This document shows positions 9,547-18,685 of a stretch of DNA of 64,000 bases, piece after piece. This stretch comes from Methanomassiliicoccaceae archaeon (lineage in GTDB: Archaea > Thermoplasmatota > Thermoplasmata > Methanomassiliicoccales > Methanomassiliicoccaceae). The translations under genes were made by a program, and so were the position numbers. Position 1 is the first letter of the stretch. Every line of letters begins with the position of its first letter. The notes under the pieces were generated by a model, which ran no database searches, had not been told where the DNA came from, and saw only the letters and a list, made by a program, of their open reading frames with translations. Location: positions 800,001 through 864,000 of the forward strand of contig JAXGZN010000002.1 in assembly GCA_040776945.1 (NCBI GenBank), read 5' to 3'.

Positions 9547-10463
9547 GCTTCAAGGTCACCCCAATATATGCTCATCGCCTCGCTGACGCTGGCGCCTTCG
9601 ACGGTCACGGCATAGACCGCATTGGAGAACCGCACCGCCTCGTCAAGCGATTTCTGGTGTATGTTCCTTCCGGTGGCGGAGCCTGAGGCCCCCGAGATGT
9701 TTATCTGCTCATGCAGCCGCTTGAGGAACTGTTCCGCCTTCATTCTGCTCCCGCCGGAGCATATAACCTTGGTCCGGCCGGCAGCACGGACCACATCCCC
9801 AAGGCGGGCCGCGGCCTCCGGCCCCTCGGGATAGTTCACCTTGGCGAAGTCCGCGCCGAGGCAGGCCGCGACCCCCGCCGCGCCGGCGATGATCCGGGGG
9901 TCCTTCTCATTGGGCACCGCCCTTCCCCGGGCATAGGACCATAGTATGACCGGCAGGCCGAAGTGATGGGCGCGATGCACGATCTGCGCCGCTTCCCGCA
10001 GCATTTGCGCCTCATGCTCGCTGCCGATATAGAACGTATAGCCGACCCCCACGACCCTCAGGTCGTTCTCCTTCCTCAGCGCCTCGACGTCGTCGACCGA
10101 CAGCCACTGGCCGCTAAGAGGCTCCGCCTGGACGGTCCTCACGAGGTTGGTCTTGGAATTGAGCTTCACGATATATGGTACATCGGGGTAGCTCATGCCA
10201 TAACGACAGACCAGACCGAACTGGGTGGCAAAGGCGCCTATCTTGGCCCTGCTTGCGATCCGGAACAGGTGCTCGGGGTCGCTGTCATCAGGGGAGATGC
10301 CTTCACCCAGGAAATCGGTGTTGAGGTGCTCGACCTTCTGGTCCCCCGCGAACAGCATCAGTCGGCCCTTGCCGGAGGTCATGACATCATAGTTGCTCTT
10401 GAACGTCCTGCGCATCACCACCGGTACGTCCAGAGGTATCACCGCGTCATCTAGCTCTGACAT
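9543..10463 (-). CDS. Class I fructose-bisphosphate aldolase (DhnA/FbaB type)
   Basis: FAGDQK.EH, VKLNSKT, W.Y.RG, Schiff-base Lys in ADFAKVNYP, GRNIHQ. Confidence 0.88.
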   Translation of the reverse strand: MSELDDAVIPLDVPVVMRRTFKSNYDVMTSGKGRLMLFAGDQKVEHLNTDFLGEGISPDDSDPEHLFRIASRAKIGAFATQFGLVCRYGMSYPDVPYIVKLNSKTNLVRTVQAEPLSGQWLSVDDVEALRKENDLRVVGVGYTFYIGSEHEAQMLREAAQIVHRAHHFGLPVILWSYARGRAVPNEKDPRIIAGAAGVAACLGADFAKVNYPEGPEAAARLGDVVRAAGRTKVICSGGSRMKAEQFLKRLHEQINISGASGSATGRNIHQKSLDEAVRFSNAVYAVTVEGASVSEAMSIYWGDLEA

Positions 10464-11427
10464 ATCCCTCCTTCGTAAGGTCCTTGACCGTTATCTTCGG
10501 CAGCATCGCCAGCACATCGTCCTTGCCGGCCCTCGCGGTACCCGGCTTCAGCACCGTGGCCGTTCCCGCAGCGGTGCCGTACCTCAGGCTCTCCAACGGT
10601 CCCAGCCCGTTGACCAGGCCGTAAATGAAGCCGGCGACCGCGGAATCCCCCACACCGATGGTGTTCACCACCTCCACCTTAGGTGTCCTGGCCCACAGGG
10701 CCCGTTCTTCGCCAATCAGGACCATTCCGTCGGCGTCCAACGATGCCAGGACCGTTCCTGCGCCGGAGGAGCGGAGCGAGCTCGCGGCCTCCACCACATC
10801 GTCGATGCCATGAAGCTCCCGGCCCGCCAGCTCCCCCAGCTCATAGCGGTTCGGCTTGATGTAGTCCGGTCCGGCCTCGATGCCCAGCCTGAGAGCCTCG
10901 CCTTCGGCGTCGAGGAACGTGGTGATGCCTTTCTTTCGGAGCATGCTGATGATGCGGCCATAGGTGTCTTCTCCCGCTCCGGGGGGCATGCTGCCGCCAA
11001 TGGAGAAGACGCTGGCGTCCTCCAAGCCGCTGAGCTTGTCGAATAGCGTGTCCATCTCTCTGGAGGTGACCTTCGGGCCGCTCGCTGTGATGAGCAAATG
11101 ACGTCCTGTCCGGTCCTCATGAACTATGATGTTGGTCCGGGTCTCCCCTTCCACCTCGATCAGGTCGGTCATCACCCCTTCGCATGCTAGCCGCGCTTCC
11201 AGCTCCTGCCCGGTATACCCTCCGTAGAAGCCCATGGCGACGTTGGGCAGGCCGAGGTTGGTGAGCACTCGTGAGACGTCGATCCCTTTTCCTCCCGGAT
11301 AGCGGCACTCCCTCTTCACCCGGTTCGACTCATTGAAGTCCAGACGGTCGATCCAGAAGGTACGGTCGATGGCGGGGTTAAGGGCGAGGGTGTAGACCTT
11401 CCTCTCACCTCCGGACATGGAGGTCAT
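10447..11427 (-). CDS. PfkB-family (1-/6-)phosphofructokinase
   Basis: LNPAID, PGGKGIDVS, KPN..EL and the NTIGVGDS anion-hole motif. Confidence 0.88.
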   Translation of the reverse strand: MTSMSGGERKVYTLALNPAIDRTFWIDRLDFNESNRVKRECRYPGGKGIDVSRVLTNLGLPNVAMGFYGGYTGQELEARLACEGVMTDLIEVEGETRTNIIVHEDRTGRHLLITASGPKVTSREMDTLFDKLSGLEDASVFSIGGSMPPGAGEDTYGRIISMLRKKGITTFLDAEGEALRLGIEAGPDYIKPNRYELGELAGRELHGIDDVVEAASSLRSSGAGTVLASLDADGMVLIGEERALWARTPKVEVVNTIGVGDSAVAGFIYGLVNGLGPLESLRYGTAAGTATVLKPGTARAGKDDVLAMLPKITVKDLTKEGYVRAR

Positions 11428-13880
11428 CTCCCTTCCTTTTCGAGCTTCTTTTCCATGTCCATCACCTTCACGGTGATCGCCAGGAGGGAGTCCGGGTTCA
11501 CCGATATGGAATCGATCCCCTGTTCCACCAGGAACTCGGCGATCTCCGGATAGTCGCTCGGCGCCTGACCGCAGATGCCGCTGTGCCTGCCGTTCCTCTT
11601 CGCTCCCTTGACGGCCATGGCCAAGGCCCTCATCACCCCCGGGTCCCTTTCATCGAACTCCTCGGCCAGGATCTCCGAGTCGCGGTCTATGCCCAGCGTG
11701 AGCTGTGTAAGATCGTTGGAGCCGATGGAGAAACCGTCGAAGTGTTCGCTGAACTCGTCGATAAGGAAGATGTTGTTTGGTATCTCGCACATTATGTACA
11801 CCCGCAGCCCGTTCTCTCCGCGCCTTAGGCCGTTCCTCTCCATTTCCTTGATGACCTTCTCCGCCTCTTCCACTCTACGGCAGAAGGGGATCATGGGGAC
11901 GACGTTGGTAAGCCCCATCTCGTCCCTGACCATCTTGAGCGCTTGGCATTCCATGCCATAGGCCTCGCGGTAGCGGTCAGAGTAGTAGCGGGACGCTCCC
12001 CTGAGCCCCAGCATGGGGTTCCTCTCGTCTGGCTCGAAGTACTTCCCGCCCAGGAGGTCGGCGTACTCATTGGACTTGAAATCGCTCATCCGCACCACCA
12101 CGTCCTTGGGATAGAACGCTGCGGCGATCGTGGCCACGCCGCGGGCGAGGGTCTCGATGAAATAGCTCCTGTTGTCTGGGAACGCGGAGGTCAGACGTTC
12201 GATGGCCTTTCTTTCCTCAGGGTCCGAGATCCTGCCTGGGTGCAGGAGGGCCATGGGATGGGCGCGGATGTAGCTGCTGATGATGAACTCCGTCCTTGCC
12301 AGGCCGATGCCGTCGTTCGGAACGAAGGACAGGGACAGGGCGTCCTCGGGATTGCCCAGGTTCATCATCATCTCCGTCTTTGGCCGCTTGAGGTCCTTAA
12401 GCGATGTCCTCTCCACCCTGAACGGTACCTTGCCCTCGTACACGAAACCCTGGTCCCCATCGGCGCAGCTAACTGTGACCTCGATCCCTCCCTCTATCTT
12501 CTGGGTGGCATCGTCCGTGCCAACCACCGCGGGGATCCCCAGTTCACGGCTGACGATGGCTGCATGCGACGTCCTCCCTCCCAGATTGGTCACGATGGCC
12601 GAGGCTGCCTTCATGACCGGTTCCCAGTCAGGCGTGGTGCTGTTCGAGATGAGCACCTCTCCCTTCTGGAAACCAGGCAGCTCGGAGATGTCCTTGATCA
12701 CCCTGGCCTTCCCTGAGGCGATCTTGGAGCCGACGCTCCTGCCCTTGCTCAGCACCTTCCCCCGTTCCTCCAGGATGTAGGTCTCCAGCACGTCCCTCGA
12801 TCTCTGCGACTGCACCGTCTCCGGCCTTGATTGGACGATGAACAGCTCTCCGCTCTTCCCATCCTTGGCCCACTCTATGTCCATGGGCATGTCGCGGCCG
12901 AGCTTTTCCGAATAATGGTCCTCTATGGTGACGGCATTGGAGGCCAGTTCCAGGATCTCCTCGTCCGTGAGGCAGAACCTCTGACGGTCCTCGTCCGGCA
13001 CCTCGACATTGCGGGTCAGCTCATGGGAGCCGCCCAGCCCGTAGATGAGCTTCTTCTCCTTGTCCCCTCTGTCCTTCCTGATTATCGGTCTGAAGCCCTT
13101 CTTGAAGGTCGGCTTGAAGACATAGTACTCATCGGGGTTGACCGCTCCCTGGACGATGTTCTCCCCTAGCCCATAGGAGGCTGTGATGAACACCACCTCA
13201 CGGAAACCGGTCTCGGTATCGAGGGTGAACATGACCCCGCTGGAGGCCAGGTCGGAACGGACCATCTTCATTATGCCTACGGACAAGGCGACGTCGAACT
13301 GATCGAACCCCTGGTCGATCCTGTAGGATATTGCCCGGTCAGTGAACAGGGAGGCGAAGCACTTGCCGCACGCCTCCTTGAGCGCCGGATAGCCCTGAAC
13401 GTTCAGGTAGGTCTCCTGCTGCCCGGCGAAGGATGCCGTGGGAAGGTCCTCTGCGGTCGCTGAGGACCTGACCGCGACGTCGGCGTTCTCGCCGTATTGC
13501 AAGCATAGCTCATCATAAGCGGCCTTAATCTCCGACCAGAGACCGTCCGGCATCCGGGCGCCCAGGATCAGGTCCCTGACCTTCTTCCCCCGGACCGCCA
13601 GGTCAGAGATGTCCTCCTTGTTGACGCCTGTGAGCACCTCCCTCATCTGCGCCTCGATCCCTGACGTGGTGATGAAGTGACGATATCCATCGGCGGTGAT
13701 GACGAACCCGTTGGGTATCCTGACCCCTTTAGGAGTGAGCTCTCGGTACATCTCCCCCAGCGAGGCGTTCTTGCCGCCTACCGATGGAACGTCCCCGATG
13801 CCGATGTCCTTGAACCATCGTATGTATCTCGGTCCTGCGGACCTCTCTTCCGCGGCTGTGACCTGCCTCATCCTTACCAC
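11424..13880 (-). CDS. ppsA: Phosphoenolpyruvate synthase (pyruvate, water dikinase)
   Basis: VGGKNASLGEM, VRSSATAEDL, FAGQQETYLN, TSHAAI phospho-His, GSNDLTQ, ICGQAPS. Confidence 0.97.
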   Translation of the reverse strand: MVRMRQVTAAEERSAGPRYIRWFKDIGIGDVPSVGGKNASLGEMYRELTPKGVRIPNGFVITADGYRHFITTSGIEAQMREVLTGVNKEDISDLAVRGKKVRDLILGARMPDGLWSEIKAAYDELCLQYGENADVAVRSSATAEDLPTASFAGQQETYLNVQGYPALKEACGKCFASLFTDRAISYRIDQGFDQFDVALSVGIMKMVRSDLASSGVMFTLDTETGFREVVFITASYGLGENIVQGAVNPDEYYVFKPTFKKGFRPIIRKDRGDKEKKLIYGLGGSHELTRNVEVPDEDRQRFCLTDEEILELASNAVTIEDHYSEKLGRDMPMDIEWAKDGKSGELFIVQSRPETVQSQRSRDVLETYILEERGKVLSKGRSVGSKIASGKARVIKDISELPGFQKGEVLISNSTTPDWEPVMKAASAIVTNLGGRTSHAAIVSRELGIPAVVGTDDATQKIEGGIEVTVSCADGDQGFVYEGKVPFRVERTSLKDLKRPKTEMMMNLGNPEDALSLSFVPNDGIGLARTEFIISSYIRAHPMALLHPGRISDPEERKAIERLTSAFPDNRSYFIETLARGVATIAAAFYPKDVVVRMSDFKSNEYADLLGGKYFEPDERNPMLGLRGASRYYSDRYREAYGMECQALKMVRDEMGLTNVVPMIPFCRRVEEAEKVIKEMERNGLRRGENGLRVYIMCEIPNNIFLIDEFSEHFDGFSIGSNDLTQLTLGIDRDSEILAEEFDERDPGVMRALAMAVKGAKRNGRHSGICGQAPSDYPEIAEFLVEQGIDSISVNPDSLLAITVKVMDMEKKLEKEGR

Positions 13881-14034
13881 CTCGTTCTCAGACCGAACGG
13901 CGCGATAGGCCGCGAGGCTGTAGAGCCCTTAATGCCTCCCCATCATTCAGAGCGGGCATGGCGGTTCTCTATGCCTCACGCTGTGAGACCATGGAAGGGT
14001 TGCGTTTAAAAACATTGTGCGTCGGCGGACTAAT

Positions 14035-14058
14035 TGGCATATTCCTTGCCATATGCCA
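14035..14058. promoter_or_regulatory. Perfect 8-bp inverted repeat TGGCATAT-N8-ATATGCCA upstream of ppsA, candidate operator
   Basis: Read directly from the sequence. It lies next to an AT-rich tract (14075-14109). Confidence 0.35.
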
Positions 14059-14262
14059 GATTGTTCAAACATCCATATATGTAATATAAATATATCAATA
14101 TTTATTATAGTCCGGGTACGTCCGATGCCGCCTCTGCCAGGATCAGGGGCCCATGGAGCGCTCTGTTCTTTCCTCACAGTTCCGCTCAGCTGCTCAAGAG
14201 CGCCGCGCCTCTCGAGGACCGGTGCTTCGGAGATCCTGTTGATGCGGGCCGAAGCGAATGGC

Positions 14263-15249
14263 TCAGTCCTGGGGATGGGTGTGCATCTTGATCTTTCTGA
14301 GGTACTCCAGAGGGATCTCGTCCTCCAGTTTTCCTGACCTGAAGGCGTCGATGGTCTGTACCGCGTGCTCGAATATCCTGTTGATCGATTCCTTGGTATA
14401 GAACCCGATGTGGGGAGTGATCACCGTCCTGTGCGAACCGATAAGGGGATCGTTCTCCGGATGGCCCTCATCATCGATCACGTCCAACCCGGCAGCGGCC
14501 AGCCGGCCGCTGTCCAGAGCCTCGCGGAGCGCGGTCTCGTCAACTATCTTGCCTCTGGCGGTGTTGATCAGGATGCTGCCTTCCTTCATTGACCGAAGCG
14601 CCTCATGGCCTATCAGGTTCTCCGTGCTAGGGGTCAGGGGCAGATGGAGGGTCACCACGTCGCTCCTCTTCAGGAGATCCTCCAGGGAGAGATAAGGGAA
14701 GTTGTGCTCGCTGGCTAGCTTCTCGTTCTGGTATAGGTCGAAGGCAACTATCTTCATCCCGAATCCGCGAGCGATCCTTATCATCTCGGCCCCTATCTTC
14801 CCGGTCCCGACCACTCCAAGCACCTTGCCCTTGAGCTCGGTGCCGATGAACGGTCCGAAGTCGAACCTTTTCTCCTCCTTGACCGACCTGTCCGCGGCCA
14901 CAAGGTTCCGTGCGCAGGCGAGGAGCAGGCAGAAGGCATGTTCGGCCACCACGTGCGGCCCATAGCTCGGCACATGTGTCACGGCGATGCCCTTCTCTAC
15001 TGCGTGCTTGGCGGCGATGTGGTCGAACCCCGCGCTCCTTGTATTTATCATGCGCAGGTCGGGGAGGCTGTCGATCACCTTCTCGCTGACCGGCGTTCTG
15101 ATGAACACCGAGATCAGGGAGCATCCTTCCGCCTCATGGACCAGTTCGTCCTCCTCGAGCGGTCCGTCGAACAATCTCAGCTCATCATCAGGAAAGGCCG
15201 CCCTCAGCATCTCCTGATGCCCCATTGCCTCAGTGAACAGCATCTTCAT
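14263..15249 (-). CDS. D-2-hydroxyacid dehydrogenase (D-lactate dehydrogenase-like)
   Basis: RSAGFDH, VPSYGP..VAEH, GVVGTGKIG Rossmann motif, INTARG, LDV...E, TPHIGFYT. Confidence 0.88.
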   Translation of the reverse strand: MKMLFTEAMGHQEMLRAAFPDDELRLFDGPLEEDELVHEAEGCSLISVFIRTPVSEKVIDSLPDLRMINTRSAGFDHIAAKHAVEKGIAVTHVPSYGPHVVAEHAFCLLLACARNLVAADRSVKEEKRFDFGPFIGTELKGKVLGVVGTGKIGAEMIRIARGFGMKIVAFDLYQNEKLASEHNFPYLSLEDLLKRSDVVTLHLPLTPSTENLIGHEALRSMKEGSILINTARGKIVDETALREALDSGRLAAAGLDVIDDEGHPENDPLIGSHRTVITPHIGFYTKESINRIFEHAVQTIDAFRSGKLEDEIPLEYLRKIKMHTHPQD

Positions 15250-15602
15250 CCTTATCGCCCCTGGTCGTCAGGCGACCGGTCGAACGGTTTGGCCTGGCGT
15301 GCATGTTGTTCGCGCCTTGCCGATATAATCTTATTTAATGTCCTGGGTAGCCTTCGGTCAAGGCCTGGGGGCAGTTGTGAGCTGTAGACCCGCTGCGCTG
15401 CCGAAGCTTGTCTTTCTCCGACCTAGCGTAGCTTGTGCGCATATCGCGCTCTTCCCGTGCCGACATCTGGTGGAGGGCCCTTCTTATTGCGGCACGTCCT
15501 AACGAGGGACCGGGCCGAGGACCGTCCGTGCCATTCCCAGGGGCGCTCCGAACAGTTCAATAAGGCATCGATCGCACGTGGGGCGTAAAGGAGCGCATCG
15601 GG

Positions 15603-17309
15603 ATGAAAGAGGATATTGGCCTTAACCTGGGAAAATGCGGCCGAAGGGTCGACCTTCGGCTTGAGCATTGGAAAGAGATCGGATTTGCGGACAGGCTTCG
15701 GGAGCAGGACCCCACGCTGTGGGCCGAGGGGCCGGTCCCGGAACTGGCGGACCGTCTGGGATGGATCGCCCTGGGGACGACCATGCGGCCCAAGTTGGAC
15801 GAGATGGTCGAGCTCGCCATGGAGGTCAGGGATGAAGGGGTGGATTCCGTGGTGCTGATGGGGATGGGGGGCTCCAGCCAAGCTCCGCGGGTCTTCCAGG
15901 AGGTTTTCGGAAACAAAACCGGGTTCCCTTCGCTGACCGTCCTGGACACCACCCACCCCGATGCGGTAAGGGATGTGAGGGGAGGGATCGAACCGACGAC
16001 GACCTTGTTCATCGTCTCCAGCAGATCGGGCACTACCTTGGAGACGATTTCCCTTTTCAAGTTCTTTTGGAACGAGATGGAGGTGGTGGGAGAGGGGAAG
16101 GGGCACCGGTTCATTGCCATAACCGACCATGGCACCCCTCTCGCTAGGCTTGCATCGGAAAAGGGCTTCCGGAGAACCTTCGAGGCCGATCCCAACGTCG
16201 GAGGCCGTTATTCCGCGCTGACGGCGTTCGGCCTGGTGCCGGCGGCGATCATTGGTGTCGATGTGCACCATTTGCTCGACCTCGCCTTCGAGCATATCGC
16301 GGCCGATGCCGCCCATGATCAGGGCGGGCTTCGCCGCGGGCTACGCCTCGGAGCGGCGCTCGGCGAGCTGGCCAATGAAGGGAGGGATAAGCTAACCATC
16401 ATTTCTTCGAGCTCCTTGCAGGCCTTTCCTTTTTGGATCGAGCAGCTCGTCGCCGAGAGCACCGGAAAGGACGGAAAGGGGATAGTGCCGGTCATCGACG
16501 AGCCTCAGGTCGACCCGTCGTCCTACTCCCGGGACCGGTCCTTCATCGGCATCACCGTCCAGGGAGAGGAGAGGGAGGTCGAGGACCGCCTTGATCGGCT
16601 TGCTGATGCAGGGCACCCTACCGTCCATATGTGCATGCGGAGCAAGATGGGGCTGGGAAGGGAGATCCTGGACTGGGAGGTGGCGGTGGCGGCCGCCGGA
16701 GCTGTCCTGGGCATCAATCCCTTCGACCAGCCCGATGTGCAGTCCTCCAAGGACCTGGCGAGAAAGATGATGGCCGCCGGAGGAATGGACGAGAGCGCTC
16801 TGAAGGGCGTAAGGACCGTCGGCGTCGAGGACCGGGAAGCGCTGATGGATGCTTTGAGGGAGTGGTCGTCACTGGCGCGGCGCGGGGATTATATCTCCAT
16901 CCAGGCGTACCTATCTCCCAGCTCCATAACCTGTAGCGGACTGGAGGCTGTGCGGCGGGGCATCCTGGAGCGCTTGCGGTCCGCCACCACCCTGGGCTTT
17001 GGGCCTGGTCTCCTGCATTCCACAGGGCAGCTCCATAAGGGGGGCCCCAATACCGGGCTGTTCCTGCAGCTGAACGGTCCCATCTTGAACGATCTGGGCG
17101 TGCCGGAGACCGACCACACCTTTGGGGACCTGATACGTTCATCCTCATTAGGTGATTGCTTGGCGCTGGTGCATCGGGGCAGGCGGGTGCTCCGGATCGA
17201 CCTGGGCGAGGATGCCTTAACGGCAATTCGGCTTCTTGAAAGGGGCATCTTCGAACTGAGCGGCCCTGAGGAAGGGAGCTTGACCCTGGTCAGAACGGTC
17301 CATGGATAA
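15603..17309 (+). CDS. pgi: Glucose-6-phosphate isomerase, resembling the PGI part of bacterial Tal-Pgi fusions
   Basis: RLGW, GMGGSS, S.SGTT.ET, GGRYSAL, EQLVAESTGK, NPFDQP.V..SK, HSTGQLHKGGP. Confidence 0.88.
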   Translation: MKEDIGLNLGKCGRRVDLRLEHWKEIGFADRLREQDPTLWAEGPVPELADRLGWIALGTTMRPKLDEMVELAMEVRDEGVDSVVLMGMGGSSQAPRVFQEVFGNKTGFPSLTVLDTTHPDAVRDVRGGIEPTTTLFIVSSRSGTTLETISLFKFFWNEMEVVGEGKGHRFIAITDHGTPLARLASEKGFRRTFEADPNVGGRYSALTAFGLVPAAIIGVDVHHLLDLAFEHIAADAAHDQGGLRRGLRLGAALGELANEGRDKLTIISSSSLQAFPFWIEQLVAESTGKDGKGIVPVIDEPQVDPSSYSRDRSFIGITVQGEEREVEDRLDRLADAGHPTVHMCMRSKMGLGREILDWEVAVAAAGAVLGINPFDQPDVQSSKDLARKMMAAGGMDESALKGVRTVGVEDREALMDALREWSSLARRGDYISIQAYLSPSSITCSGLEAVRRGILERLRSATTLGFGPGLLHSTGQLHKGGPNTGLFLQLNGPILNDLGVPETDHTFGDLIRSSSLGDCLALVHRGRRVLRIDLGEDALTAIRLLERGIFELSGPEEGSLTLVRTVHG

Positions 17310-17496
17310 GAGGCGGGTCGGAAGCGGCACGCTCGACCGGTCGAGCCGCCGCCCGCCCTGCTGGGACGCTTTCCACCGAGCCTATGCCTGAATGAGGGCC
17401 TTGGCCCTAATGGAGGTAAGAAGGAGCGAAGGGGGCCTTGTACTGAGGGCGGTCCCTTGCCCCCGCCCTCTCTGTTAAGCCTTGAACGGTATGGCC

Positions 17497-18546
17497 TCAG
17501 GCCCTCACCATCTCCGCCTTGCGCTCCCTCCTCATCCCTCCCTTGCCGGCCATATAGGAGGCGAGGTCAAGCATGCGGCAGGAGAAGCCATATTCGTTGT
17601 CGTACCAAGCGAGCACCTTGACCATGCGGTCCCCTACGACCTTTGTCGACGGCGCATCGATGATCGATGATGCGGGATTGGTGATTATGTCCGCGGACAC
17701 CAGCTCATCCTCGCTGACCTCGAGGAAGCCTTTCATCGTGCCCCCGGCCGCGGTCCTCAGCGCATCGTTTACCATCTCCGCGGTCACGTCCTGCTTCAGC
17801 ACGGCGGTCACGTCGGTTATCGCTCCGTCCGGGATCGGCGCACGTATAGCGGTGGCGAACATCTTTCCTGCAAGCTCGGGGATCGCCCTCACCGTGGCGT
17901 TCGCCGCTCCGGTGGTGGTGGGGACCAAAGAGACCGCCGCCGCTCGCCCTCTCCTCAGTTTCCTGGCGGGGCCGTCGACCAGTTTCTGGCTGGCTGTGTA
18001 CGCATGCACAGTGGTGGCCATCAGCATCTCGATGCCGAAAGCGTCGTTGAGCACCTTGGCCACCGGGGCCAAGGAGTTGGTGGTGCAGGAGGTGTTGGAT
18101 ACCACGTCGTGCTTGTCCGGATCATACTTGCCTTCGTTGACACCCATGACTATGCTGAGGTCCACGTTGTCCGATGGCGCGCTCACTATGACCTTCGATG
18201 CCCCGGCCTCAAGGTGCATGGCCGCCTTTTCCCTGCTGCGGAACAGCCCGGTGCACTCCAGGACCAGGTCCACCTCCTCGTCCTTCCAGGGCAGCTTGGA
18301 AGGGTCCCTTTCATGATGGACCGCGATCTCCCTGGAGCCTATACGGAGCGAGCCTACAGAGCTCTCTACGTCAAACGGCGCTCTCCCATGCACTGAATCA
18401 TATCGCATCAGGTAGGCGATGTCCTCGGTCGGGAACAGGTCGTTCGCCGCGACCAGCTCGATCCCTGCCGTCGGATTGGTGGCGTAGCGCCTAGCGATCA
18501 ACCTTCCTATGCGTCCCATGCCATTGATTGCGATCCTTGTTGACAT
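17497..18546 (-). CDS. gap: Type I (bacterial-type) glyceraldehyde-3-phosphate dehydrogenase
   Basis: INGMGRIGR, YDSVHG, ECTG, SCTTN catalytic Cys, HAYT, WYDNEYG. Start at ATG 18546. Confidence 0.95.
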   Translation of the reverse strand: MSTRIAINGMGRIGRLIARRYATNPTAGIELVAANDLFPTEDIAYLMRYDSVHGRAPFDVESSVGSLRIGSREIAVHHERDPSKLPWKDEEVDLVLECTGLFRSREKAAMHLEAGASKVIVSAPSDNVDLSIVMGVNEGKYDPDKHDVVSNTSCTTNSLAPVAKVLNDAFGIEMLMATTVHAYTASQKLVDGPARKLRRGRAAAVSLVPTTTGAANATVRAIPELAGKMFATAIRAPIPDGAITDVTAVLKQDVTAEMVNDALRTAAGGTMKGFLEVSEDELVSADIITNPASSIIDAPSTKVVGDRMVKVLAWYDNEYGFSCRMLDLASYMAGKGGMRRERKAEMVRA

Positions 18547-18685
18547 GTCATCCCTCTGGTTCGATGGCATGAACATGGAACGGGATGTTTTAAAATACTT
18601 TCTGAAATATAAAAATAGGTGGCAATAGATTATTCTGAAGAGGATAAATGATTAGGGACGGCCGCCGGTCCGGCGGCCTTTGGTC

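Noticed and set aside
14034-14050. Sigma-54-like TGGCAT-N5-TTGC motif
   Set aside because: It points away from ppsA and archaea lack sigma-54. It is better explained as part of the palindrome or as chance.
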